Shown here: one piece after another, positions 52,826 through 61,674 of the stretch | How the letters are laid out: the number at the start of each line of letters is the position of its first letter | Numbering within the stretch: the first letter of the stretch is position 1 | Source of the DNA: an uncultured Chroococcidiopsis sp. | GTDB lineage: Bacteria > Cyanobacteriota > Cyanobacteriia > Cyanobacteriales > Chroococcidiopsidaceae | Direction: 5' to 3' | Length of the DNA stretch: 64,000 nucleotides | Assembly: GCA_964248365.1 (NCBI GenBank) | Contig: CAXTYC010000004.1 | Span: 160,001-224,000 of the forward strand | Notes under the pieces: generated by a model | Database searches by the model: none | Seen by the model: the letters and a program-made list of their open reading frames with translations, nothing else | Told to the model about the DNA's origin: nothing | Position numbers and translations under genes: made by a program

Positions 52826-54481
52826 ATGAGTGCATCTGCCTTTGCTGCTGAACGACTACTATTTACTCCAGCTACACCTGATACTGATGCAATACCTACT
52901 ATCTTTGCCTTCCCTAATGAATATAGTGTGGGCATTACCAGCTTAGGTTATCAAGTGGTGTGGGCAACTTTGGCAATGCGTTCTGATGTGCAAGTGAGTC
53001 GTTTATTTACTGATATTCACGAACAGCTACCGCGATCGGCTGGGTTAGTTGGCTTTTCCTGTTCCTGGGAGTTGGATTACGTCAATATCCTCAATTTACT
53101 AGAATTTTTGCAAATTCCGATTCGTAATAATGCTCGTTCCCAAACCGATCCTTTGATATTTGGTGGGGGATCGGTACTGACAGCAAATCCAGAACCCTTT
53201 GCAGACTTTTTCGACATCATTTTGTTAGGAGATGGGGAAAACCTGCTAGGAAATTTCATTGAAGCATATAAACAAGTTCGCCATGCTGACAGAAAAACTC
53301 AGCTACGCCATTTAGCACAAGTACCAGGAGTTTATGTTCCCAGTCTGTATGAGGTGACTTATGATGATCCTACTGGCTGTATCAAATCAATTGAACCAGT
53401 AGCAGCTGACATTCCAGCACAAGTTGAAAAGCAGACTTATCGCGGTAATACTTTATCAACTTCAACAGTTGTCACCGAGAAAGCAGCCTGGGAAAACATC
53501 TACATGGTGGAAGTGGTACGCAGTTGTCCAGAAATGTGTCGTTTTTGCCTTGCTAGTTATCTTACACTACCTTTTCGGACAGCAAGTGTAGATTCGTTAA
53601 TTGGGGCAATTGAGCGGGGATTAGCTGTTACCGATCGCATAGGCTTATTAGGAGCATCTGTAACTCAGCATCCTGAGTTTGAGTCTTTGCTTGATTACTT
53701 GAGTAAACCTGAATATAATCATGTTCGCCTGAGTATAGCCTCAGTACGCACAAATACAGTAACAGTGAAACTCGCACAGACTTTGGCAAAGCGAGATACG
53801 CGATCGCTTACCATTGCTGTAGAAAGTGGTTCAGCACATTTACGCCAAATTGTCAACAAAAAGCTAGATAACGATCAAATTATTCAAGCGGCGGTGAATG
53901 CTAAAGCAGGCGGTTTAAGTGGATTAAAACTCTATGGAATGGTGGGTATTCCAGGGGAAGAACCAGAGGATTTGGACGATACAGTAAAGATGATGCGAAG
54001 TCTCAAAAAAGCTGCACCTGGATTAAGGTTAACATTCGGATGTAGTACTTTTGTCCCCAAGGCGCATACACCATTTCAGTGGTTTGGGGTAAATTCCCAA
54101 GCAGAGAAACGGCTGCAATTTTTGCAGAAACAACTCAAACCCCAAGGAATTGATTTTCGCCCCGAAAGTTACAATTGGTCAGTGATTCAGGCTTTAATAT
54201 CTAGAGGCGATCGCCGTTTATCCCAATTGCTAGAATTAACAAGACATTATGGCGACTCTCTGGGTAGCTACCGTCGTGCTTTCAAGCAGCTACGTGGGCA
54301 ACTTCCCCAGTTAGACTTTTATGTTCACACCAATTGGTCAAAAACACAAGTCTTGCCTTGGAGTCATTTGCAAGCACCACTGTCTCAAGCTACATTACTC
54401 AAACATTTAGCAACTGCTGAGGAATTATTCAACTCATCAGTGCGTGAATCACCAGTTAGTGTCAACCTCCCAATAAAGTAG
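52826..54481 (+). CDS. Radical SAM protein with N-terminal B12-binding-like domain
   Basis: RSCPEMCRFC, GDGE, FVPKAHTPFQW. Confidence 0.88.
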   Translation: MSASAFAAERLLFTPATPDTDAIPTIFAFPNEYSVGITSLGYQVVWATLAMRSDVQVSRLFTDIHEQLPRSAGLVGFSCSWELDYVNILNLLEFLQIPIRNNARSQTDPLIFGGGSVLTANPEPFADFFDIILLGDGENLLGNFIEAYKQVRHADRKTQLRHLAQVPGVYVPSLYEVTYDDPTGCIKSIEPVAADIPAQVEKQTYRGNTLSTSTVVTEKAAWENIYMVEVVRSCPEMCRFCLASYLTLPFRTASVDSLIGAIERGLAVTDRIGLLGASVTQHPEFESLLDYLSKPEYNHVRLSIASVRTNTVTVKLAQTLAKRDTRSLTIAVESGSAHLRQIVNKKLDNDQIIQAAVNAKAGGLSGLKLYGMVGIPGEEPEDLDDTVKMMRSLKKAAPGLRLTFGCSTFVPKAHTPFQWFGVNSQAEKRLQFLQKQLKPQGIDFRPESYNWSVIQALISRGDRRLSQLLELTRHYGDSLGSYRRAFKQLRGQLPQLDFYVHTNWSKTQVLPWSHLQAPLSQATLLKHLATAEELFNSSVRESPVSVNLPIK

Positions 54482-54551
54482 GGTGCGTTATTAACGCACC
54501 CTACAAAATTTAACCATCCAAGAAAGTAAGGTGGGCAATTGCCCACCCTAC
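54478..54551. repeat. Two GTAG/CTAC-ended REP-like palindromes between convergent genes
   Basis: GTAGGGTGCGTT-ATT-AACGCACCCTAC and GTAAGGTGGGCAATTGCCCACCCTAC; relatives near 1111, 1221, 6375 and 52496. Confidence 0.85.
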
Positions 54552-54577
54552 AATAAAGGTAAGGATTATACCTAAGC

Positions 54578-54829
54578 TTACAGATCGTAGATTAGACACT
54601 CAACCGCTTCTGGATGAGCTTCACAGTAATTGTCTAATGAAGTTTTGGGCGAAGCTTTCGCTTCTCGATGAGACTTTTCTGCTTGTAGCTCTTCCACAAT
54701 ATCCCAAGCTACAGCACAATCACTAGAGGAGTTGCCCTTTGCTTCACAAGCAGCACGAGCTTGCTCAACGGCTTCTTGAATGGCTTGCTGTATTTTGGTA
54801 TTCTCAATATGGTTTACAGTGTTATTCAT
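54578..54829 (-). CDS. cp12: Calvin cycle regulator CP12 with both Cys pairs
   Basis: C..DCAVAWDIVEELQA and YCEAHPEAVECLIYD; ATG 54829 with AGAGGA RBS. Confidence 0.92.
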   Translation of the reverse strand: MNNTVNHIENTKIQQAIQEAVEQARAACEAKGNSSSDCAVAWDIVEELQAEKSHREAKASPKTSLDNYCEAHPEAVECLIYDL

Positions 54830-55104
54830 CAAATCCTCTTTTGTGCTTGACAAGCACAATTCAAAGTACTACCAGCTTCTGAATCTTTACATCTGTGATG
54901 CTCTTACCTCCCATCTTATCCACCCTCAAACAGGATTGCAGGGGGGTAAAACCGTAATTTTGATAGACGGCTTTCCGTTGTTCACCGTTTTTTTCTGATT
55001 GCACCAAGAGACGAAAGATGAGAGAAAAGGACGTGAAACTCATACACAGCAAGAATAATGAAAACCATTCTTGTTGTGTTCCATCAAGTTGTGACAGCTT
55101 CTGA

Positions 55105-55171
55105 CTTTAAGAAAGAGCGATCGCGCTGTGGCGAGAATCTCTTCGTCTGTAATAGTTTTATTACGGGGTAT
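55105..55171 (-). pseudogene. TetR N-terminal remnant
   Basis: (I)PRNKTITDEEILATARSLFLK, after which similarity stops; ATA in place of ATG. Confidence 0.55.
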
Positions 55172-55203
55172 TAAATTTGCGTTCAGTTCGAGGGAAAAAA
55201 TAG

Positions 55204-55390
55204 AAAAATCCCTCGGCTTCATGGGTGATCTGTAATGCACAATGGTTGGGAGGCGAAGGCTTGAAAAAATAAGTCAGCCAATTTCATCGTTATCTGTTTG
55301 TCCCAATATTAGAAGGATTTGGTTTGAAGGCTGACTTATTTTTTTTGCGCCAACTTCCAGATCTATTTTGTTAAAAGCCGAGGGATTTTT
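55204..55390 (+). repeat. Long nested inverted repeat (rod-like hairpin)
   Basis: Two perfect 16-bp stems: 55204-19/55375-90 and 55264-79/55329-44. Confidence 0.85.
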
Positions 55391-55552
55391 AGACTTCGTG
55401 TTCAAGGTAGTTCGTGCGATATCTCACACAAGGTTATACCATTTTAGATTTTAGATTTTAGATAATAGAATTGGGGAATCCTCATCAGTAGCCCCACGTA
55501 GCAATTCGTTGGTAGCAGCCATAAAGCCAAATGGTATTAGATATTTTTACGT

Positions 55553-55999
55553 TCACAAAACGATGCCGTGTCGGGCGCGAATTTCAAGTATGGACTGTTC
55601 CTTTAGCCGAGAAAACTCCTCAACCGCCAGTTTCTTTTTCATGCGTAAGCTCTTGAAGATGATGCTGATAATGCGTGGAAGGCTAGCGAACCAGATGTTA
55701 ATTAACTTGAAGTACCCAATACCAGACAAAACATTGCGATGCTCAAGGCTAGCAACTGCACGATGCATTTCGCTGATTTTTGCCGTTGTAGCAAAGATCA
55801 TCCATATATGTACGGCGATTTCGTCTTCAATAGAAGTGCCACAATTAAACAAGATGTGAACTGCATCATGCTGCTCCAATGCCTGCCTTACCTCTGCCGA
55901 CATTTTGTTTGTCAGATCGGCTTCATGTTCTAATGCACACAATTTTTGAATGGCTTCGCCCAAAGTAATTGAAGTACCAAAACCAAATTGCTCATTCAT
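55553..55999 (-). CDS. Hypothetical protein with a Coq4-like HDxxH-x11-E motif
   Basis: HDAVH-ILFNCGTSIED-E; AGGAG RBS. Confidence 0.7.
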   Translation of the reverse strand: MNEQFGFGTSITLGEAIQKLCALEHEADLTNKMSAEVRQALEQHDAVHILFNCGTSIEDEIAVHIWMIFATTAKISEMHRAVASLEHRNVLSGIGYFKLINIWFASLPRIISIIFKSLRMKKKLAVEEFSRLKEQSILEIRARHGIVL

Positions 56000-56119
56000 G
56001 GCAACGCTCCTATCACAAACTGCTTTGATTAACTATCGTCGGGCGATCGTTATGCTCTTAATGCTATTAAAATAGTACAAAAAAGTATTGGAGAAAGAGG
56101 GTATTAAAGTATACTAGGA

Positions 56120-56495
56120 GTGCTATTACATACAGCCGAACCGCCTTAGTTCAAATGTGATCTAGGGCGGTTCGGGATTGATATAGAGTTAGATATAGGG
56201 TGAGACACTAGACGTTTACTACCTAAAACCTCAGTTGGGTAGTAACCAAGTGAAGGAAACGACACAAACTTCACATCGTCTAGAGTCTGTATATGCACTG
56301 TCTGCACATATGCTGTCGCTTTGGTTCATGGCAGCTAAGGGTAAAATCGAATACCCATTCAGTACGTTTTTACTTACATTTACTAGAATAACACAACCAT
56401 TGAGTTTAGCGCTGTCGCTCTAAAGTGGAATTCCTATCGTCTGCAACTTAGACTTCTTTCAGCCATTTACATCTACCCTTGTGCTTATATTGCTG
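56120..56495 (+). ncRNA. Candidate large structured ncRNA, family not recognised
   Basis: At least eight stems, G-U pairs favouring the + strand, TATACT at 56110-15; boundaries inferred. Confidence 0.5.
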
Positions 56496-56507
56496 AAAAA
56501 ATGAAAG

Positions 56508-56570
56508 TAATTGGTAGTTGGTAGTTGGTAACAGCGCGCTTGGTAACTGATAACTGGTAACTGGTAACTG
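56508..56570. repeat. STRR (TTGGTAG / CTGGTAA) with a GCGCGC interruption
   Basis: Direct reading. Confidence 0.85.
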
Positions 56571-56575
56571 CTTTC

Positions 56576-57220
56576 TCAAAGCATAATTAAACCTTGTCTT
56601 GCTCCAAGGGTAACTGCTTCGGTGCGGCTAGAGGCGTTGAGCTTGGTGAATATAGATGAGACGTGGAACTTGACTGTATGCTCAGAGATGCCCAAACGTC
56701 GGGCGATCGCTTTGTTACCCAACCCCTGGGCTAACATACCCAAAACCTCAATTTCTCGCCCAGTCAACGCTTGCACTGGATTGGCATCATCAGGTCGAGT
56801 GGTAGAAGGTAATATAGGCAGCAGTGCATCCACTACTTCTGGGTGCAATACTACCAGCCCAGCCGCAGCAGCAACAACTGTATGCAAAATCTCTTCCGCT
56901 GTTGTCGAGCGCGGTAATACTGCTCTTACACCTAAGCGTAGCGCTTCGGTTATCCAGTCACCTGGGGGGGTATCGGCGAGGATAACAATTGCTACCACCC
57001 CCAAAGTGTTGAGTGTAACTAATTTCTCTGACACAGGTTCGTCATCTTGCAGCCCTAATTCTATTAGCACCACATCAGGCGAGTGTGCTGCTACCAAAGC
57101 AGCTAAGGTATCTGTATCAAATGCAATACCCACTACTGATAGATTGGGACTTGCTCGGAGAATGCTTTCCAACCCAGCACGTACAATCAAATCAGTAGCA
57201 ACGACCAGAACACTTGTCAC
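56576..57220 (-). CDS. NarL/LuxR-family regulator with atypical receiver domain
   Basis: LTGREIEVL..GLGNKAIARRLGISEHTVKFHV; the GTG start overlaps the upstream TGA (GTGA). Confidence 0.9.
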   Translation of the reverse strand: MTSVLVVATDLIVRAGLESILRASPNLSVVGIAFDTDTLAALVAAHSPDVVLIELGLQDDEPVSEKLVTLNTLGVVAIVILADTPPGDWITEALRLGVRAVLPRSTTAEEILHTVVAAAAGLVVLHPEVVDALLPILPSTTRPDDANPVQALTGREIEVLGMLAQGLGNKAIARRLGISEHTVKFHVSSIFTKLNASSRTEAVTLGARQGLIML

Positions 57221-58068
57221 GCCGCCTCCGCTCCGGTTTTGCCATTTTGCGATCGCACTGTGCAAGTCAGATGCTCAGCTCCACGCAGGAAATCAAGTTG
57301 CAGTGTATCCCCTGGGTTAATCTGCCCTAGTGCTTGTGCTAAGTCTGTAGTTGCTCGGAAAAATTGACCAGCAAACCCAATTAATACATCAAAAGTCTTT
57401 AGCCCTGCTGTTTGGGCTATGCTGCCTTGGTGTACTTCTAGGACTAACAAACCTAATATACGCTTACCTCTTAGTCGTACAAAAACGGGTTGGATCGTTA
57501 CCCCCAGTAATGGGCGTTCCTCATCCTGATGCACAAAACGCTCAACTGTATTGCTAGGTACAGCTAGAGCTAAACCGCCAGCAATTACAGTATTGATACC
57601 GATGACTCTACCTTGGGCATCTGCCAAAGAACCGCCAGAATTGCCTGGAGCTAGTCGAATATCTGCTTGTACCCATCTGCCTGGTGTATCATTGGGTGCG
57701 ATCGCATGAATAATTCCAGTCGTCAAAGCACCGACAGCACCCAGAGGATTGCCCACAGCTAGCACTAGTTCACCCACTCGGAGAGTATCACAGTTGCCTA
57801 TCGTCGCAGCTGGTAAATCGGTAGCATCAACTTTGATAAGGGCTAAATCCCGCTGGCGATCGCGCTTGATACATACAGCATCAAATACCCGTTTGTCTGA
57901 CAGTTCTACCGTCGCCCTCATACCTCTAACTACATGAGCGTTAGTGATGATTAAGCCGTTAGAGTCCCAGATCACCCCAGAACCGCCCCCAAACCTTTGA
58001 TGCACCTGGACAGTAGAACGGTTTAAATTTGCTGCTACCTTGGCTAATTCGTCATTTGGTGTAGCCAT
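57217..58068 (-). CDS. HtrA-like (S1C) serine protease with PDZ, no signal peptide
   Basis: TNAHVV, DLALI, PGNSGG, C-terminal PDZ. Confidence 0.92.
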   Translation of the reverse strand: MATPNDELAKVAANLNRSTVQVHQRFGGGSGVIWDSNGLIITNAHVVRGMRATVELSDKRVFDAVCIKRDRQRDLALIKVDATDLPAATIGNCDTLRVGELVLAVGNPLGAVGALTTGIIHAIAPNDTPGRWVQADIRLAPGNSGGSLADAQGRVIGINTVIAGGLALAVPSNTVERFVHQDEERPLLGVTIQPVFVRLRGKRILGLLVLEVHQGSIAQTAGLKTFDVLIGFAGQFFRATTDLAQALGQINPGDTLQLDFLRGAEHLTCTVRSQNGKTGAEAA

Positions 58069-58131
58069 ATTATTCCTTTGCCGCTGTAAAATTATTTACT
58101 AGTTGAGTAGCAAAAATACCGCTTGTGAATT

Positions 58132-59064
58132 TCAAAGCGGTCTTTCACCCACAGCGATCGCCACTTCAAGCAACGCCCCACCCCGAATAATCTGCACCTT
58201 GATGGTTTTACCCACAGATTCTGGATTTAACACTGCCTGCACATCTCCTGTATCACTCACAAACTTGCCATCTAGCTCCAGTAGTACATCCCCGATCAAA
58301 ATACCCGCGCGATCGGCAGGTCCATTTGGCTCAACATTGACAACAATCACCCCACCGTTACTTGCCAAATTCAAAGTATCCTTGAGGCGAGCGGGCAGTA
58401 GGATGGGCTGCATTCCCAAACCCAGGTAGCCCCGCGTAATGCGTCCTTTTTCCAGCAAGGTGTCAATCACGCGGTTAACTGTAGAAACGGGTATACCCAA
58501 AACCATGTTGCGAAGACCAGAGGTATTAATTCCTACAACATTGCCAGCTGCATCTACTAAGGAACCGCCGGAAAAGCCTGGGTAAAGCGTCAAATCCAGC
58601 CGCAAGAACTCGCCAAGCCCACCGCACCAACCACGCCAAGCACCACCTTTGGCACTGACTACCCCTAAACTCGCACTCAACCCGCTTTCACCTGGACGCG
58701 CTACAGCAAGTACCATATGACCGACTTTGAGCGATTGAGTATCACCAATTTCAGCTATGGGTAGAGACGCGGCTTGTGTTTCTATATCCTCTAATTTCAG
58801 TACAGCCAAATCGTTACTAGCATCCCGACCTACTAGATTTGCAGGTACTATGCGATTATCTGGTAGTCTGACAGTAATTTCCTCGTCACGCCTAACTGTA
58901 TGGTCAGCAGTGACGATTATGCCAGAACGCCAGTGAACGCCGCTTGAAGGTATACGGTGTCGGGCATTGACTGCAACGACAGCACGACCAGCCTTTTCTA
59001 CTGCATCAGCTAAATTATTCGAGAGAGTCAGCAACGTGCTGGGTATCTCGGATGATGATGACAT
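58132..59064 (-). CDS. HtrA-like (S1C) serine protease with PDZ, no signal peptide
   Basis: TADH, DLAVL, PGFSGG, GYLGL PDZ; AAGGAGG RBS. Confidence 0.9.
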   Translation of the reverse strand: MSSSSEIPSTLLTLSNNLADAVEKAGRAVVAVNARHRIPSSGVHWRSGIIVTADHTVRRDEEITVRLPDNRIVPANLVGRDASNDLAVLKLEDIETQAASLPIAEIGDTQSLKVGHMVLAVARPGESGLSASLGVVSAKGGAWRGWCGGLGEFLRLDLTLYPGFSGGSLVDAAGNVVGINTSGLRNMVLGIPVSTVNRVIDTLLEKGRITRGYLGLGMQPILLPARLKDTLNLASNGGVIVVNVEPNGPADRAGILIGDVLLELDGKFVSDTGDVQAVLNPESVGKTIKVQIIRGGALLEVAIAVGERPL

Positions 59065-59256
59065 TTCATTCCTCCTTTCCCTTATGCCTTAATCGTGCCG
59101 GATTTCAGGAATGGATCACATCAGTGAAATGGGGAGAAAAGTACCTAGAAAAATGGCTAGGGACTAAGGGGCAGAGGAGAAAATCCAATCCAAAATCCAA
59201 AATTTAAAATCTAAAATCCAAAATTCCCTTTTCCCTTTTTCCTTTTCCCTAGCCTC

Positions 59257-59475
59257 TTAGGGAATTACGCGCTTTTCATGCCCAACAACAATATCTCTCA
59301 AGCCGCTGATAGAAGCTCTTAGGTCGCCAAAATCTCGTTCATGAGCAATTCTCAAGTCGTTGATAGAAGCTCTTAATTGGGCAATTTCCCGCTCGATGCG
59401 AGTCATGCACTCGTCACTAGCACTAATGAATTGCTCTAACAAAGCTTCAATCCTGTCGAGCCGATCTTGAGTTAT
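59257..59475 (-). CDS. Small coiled-coil protein, possibly with a mutated (ATA) start
   Basis: (I)TQDRLDRIEALLEQFI..., in frame with track ORF 59257..59442. Confidence 0.45.
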   Translation of the reverse strand: MTQDRLDRIEALLEQFISASDECMTRIEREIAQLRASINDLRIAHERDFGDLRASISGLRDIVVGHEKRVIP

Positions 59476-59618
59476 GAGGATTATGCTTAAGAAGCAGTCG
59501 GGCTAAAAATTATTATAACTGGGGCGATCGCCCCCAAGTCTTAGAGTCCAGTGTTAGACACTGCGATCGCGCTTTTCAGATGAGAGTAACAAATCACTTT
59601 TAGTTTGGCACTAACAGA

Positions 59619-60398
59619 TTATAATAATATTCTTTTTTCTCGTTCATTTAGACATTTTAGCTCTAGCAAAATAGGCAAGTCTTTAATAATTTTTGAACTT
59701 TGCCTGATAAAAGCACCAGACCACTCTTTTAACCAGTAAGTATGTAAATTACTAACACATTCTGTATCCCTACCTGAAAATGTTATTTCAGCAGAGTAGC
59801 TTATTTCAAATTTTTCTACCCCTTCAAAATTAGGACGAGCTAATTCCCAACAGCTTCTAGTTAATTCTACCCCTAGATAACTTGCGGTGAATTTACTTAT
59901 ATGATTGAGTACCTCTAAAAAATCTTTGATAGTATTCTCTTCCCCACGAACATTTACTGCATTATTATTTATTTTTGACGTGTCAGCAGTAATTGCTGGG
60001 GAAATTGAGATATACTTAAAATAATCCTTTGATAAAATTTGAAATGTTAGAATTGTATTATCAATATCTTCTTTCAGTACCTTCTGCAATTGCTTAGCTG
60101 CCACTAGCTTGATTGCTGGCACATCTTTAATGGTTAAAACTAAAAGGGTAACGGTAGGATTAATATTATAAGTATAAGCATAATAACCCTTTACAGGAAA
60201 TTCAAAAAAATCCAACTCAGAAGTTTTTACTAGATCTTCAACAATGCGTGTAATACTCCCAGTTAGACTTTGTTTTTCCTGTATAATTAGTTTATCCTTA
60301 AAATGGAGATATGATTTTAATTGTCCATCAATTAGGAAAATTCCTAAACCTACAACTCCTGGTAACTTTAAAAAATTACTGATAACATCTTGACTCAT
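59619..60398 (-). CDS. Hypothetical protein
   Basis: 259-aa AT-rich ORF starting MSQDVISNFLKLPGVVGL. Confidence 0.7.
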   Translation of the reverse strand: MSQDVISNFLKLPGVVGLGIFLIDGQLKSYLHFKDKLIIQEKQSLTGSITRIVEDLVKTSELDFFEFPVKGYYAYTYNINPTVTLLVLTIKDVPAIKLVAAKQLQKVLKEDIDNTILTFQILSKDYFKYISISPAITADTSKINNNAVNVRGEENTIKDFLEVLNHISKFTASYLGVELTRSCWELARPNFEGVEKFEISYSAEITFSGRDTECVSNLHTYWLKEWSGAFIRQSSKIIKDLPILLELKCLNEREKRILL

Positions 60399-60753
60399 AA
60401 ACTAATACACTACATCTCTTGCAAAAGATACTTTGCAAAAAGCCTACTGATTGGCTCCAGGTATAATACTTATAGGTAAATTTAACTTTATTGCTATGCT
60501 TTTAATAACCGTAATTTTACGGAAAAACTGAGAATAATTAATTCTTCCTGTAGGAAAAATAAGTAAATTTATTTACTTGATTGGTGTCAAGTATTACCTA
60601 TTTTCTTTTCTACCCTCTGCCCCAGGGCAATTTCTGCTTCCCCTAGAGCAACAATGGGTAATCTTTGGGTGGGTAAGTAATAATACCCCCGTTCCCAAGC
60701 TAAGGCTAGAAACGGGTGGTTAAAAGGAATGACTTGTAAAACAATCTTTAAAT

Positions 60754-61308
60754 TTAGCGCTTACGGATAAATATTTGAGTGAAATAGTACTCACCTTTAG
60801 CATTCTTTGCAACACCAATACCAGTCATGTTGTAGTTACCCTCAATATTCTGGCGGTGTCCGGTACTATTTAACCAACCTTGAACTGCTTTAGTAGCTGG
60901 ATCAGAATAGCCCATATTGTAAGCGACATTTTCAGCTGCTGCTCTATAAGGAATCATTGTAGCGATCGCCGCGACTCGCTGTTGAAAGCCATCGTGACTA
61001 AAAGGAACTGCACCACTTGCCATATTTTGACTATGGGTTCTGGCAATATTACTAATACGTTCATCTATAGTAAGTGGTGGCAAGCCGCGCTGCTGTCGAT
61101 ATTGATTGATCTGAGTGTGTACTGCTTGTTCTATAGAGGCAAAGGGATTAGTAGTAGACCCAGCAATGTCAGTCGGGGTGGTTGTAGATAGAACCTGATG
61201 GTTTAAATTTGCATTGGAGATAGGAGCGGCATTAACTGAAATTCCTAGTGTTCCGGTTGCAAGGACAACTGAACTTAATGCTATTTGGGTGAACAAAGAT
61301 TGCTTCAT
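60754..61308 (-). CDS. CAP/SCP domain secreted protein
   Basis: INQYR, HSQNM, AENVA, WLNSTGHRQNI, YFTQIF. Confidence 0.92.
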   Translation of the reverse strand: MKQSLFTQIALSSVVLATGTLGISVNAAPISNANLNHQVLSTTTPTDIAGSTTNPFASIEQAVHTQINQYRQQRGLPPLTIDERISNIARTHSQNMASGAVPFSHDGFQQRVAAIATMIPYRAAAENVAYNMGYSDPATKAVQGWLNSTGHRQNIEGNYNMTGIGVAKNAKGEYYFTQIFIRKR

Positions 61309-61674
61309 TAAGCTAATTCCAACTATTAACTAAATTTTTCAGACAAGTCCAAATCAAAAAATGCCAAGCAGATTTACTGATAGCATCAAATTCGCTATCA
61401 AATATTTGCTTTTGCAATCAAAAACTTTGGAATTGCTGTAATTAACGTAGACGCAAGAAGCTTGCGGCTTCTCCTATGTCAACGCCTCAAGTAGCTTTAC
61501 ATAATTCAGCCACAAAATTAAGTTAACTTTAAATTTACTTTGCCACCAAGCGAATGTTTACTGATTTTTATATGGGCGTAATTCTACTGACAATTTGAGT
61601 CTAAGTATATATATAAATTAAGTTATATACTTGAAAATACGGTGGTTAAAAAGGCTTTACTTTGCTAATAAAAT

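Noticed and set aside
54861..55052. Possible GNAT fragment (AVYQNYGF)
   Set aside because: Too short and degenerate to support
55204..55390. 6S RNA call
   Set aside because: The length and rod shape fit, but I cannot match a 6S sequence or its usual context; left as unassigned
56136..56175. Group II intron domain V (GAACCGCC...)
   Set aside because: No 2-nt bulge, GNRA loop or domain VI, and no RT ORF
56235..56423. 62-aa ORF inside the structured element
   Set aside because: TTG start without a clear RBS and no motif; the stems explain the sequence better
56622..57320. 232-aa antisense ORF and the other short ORFs overlapping identified genes
   Set aside because: Shadow frames of well-supported genes with no recognisable motifs
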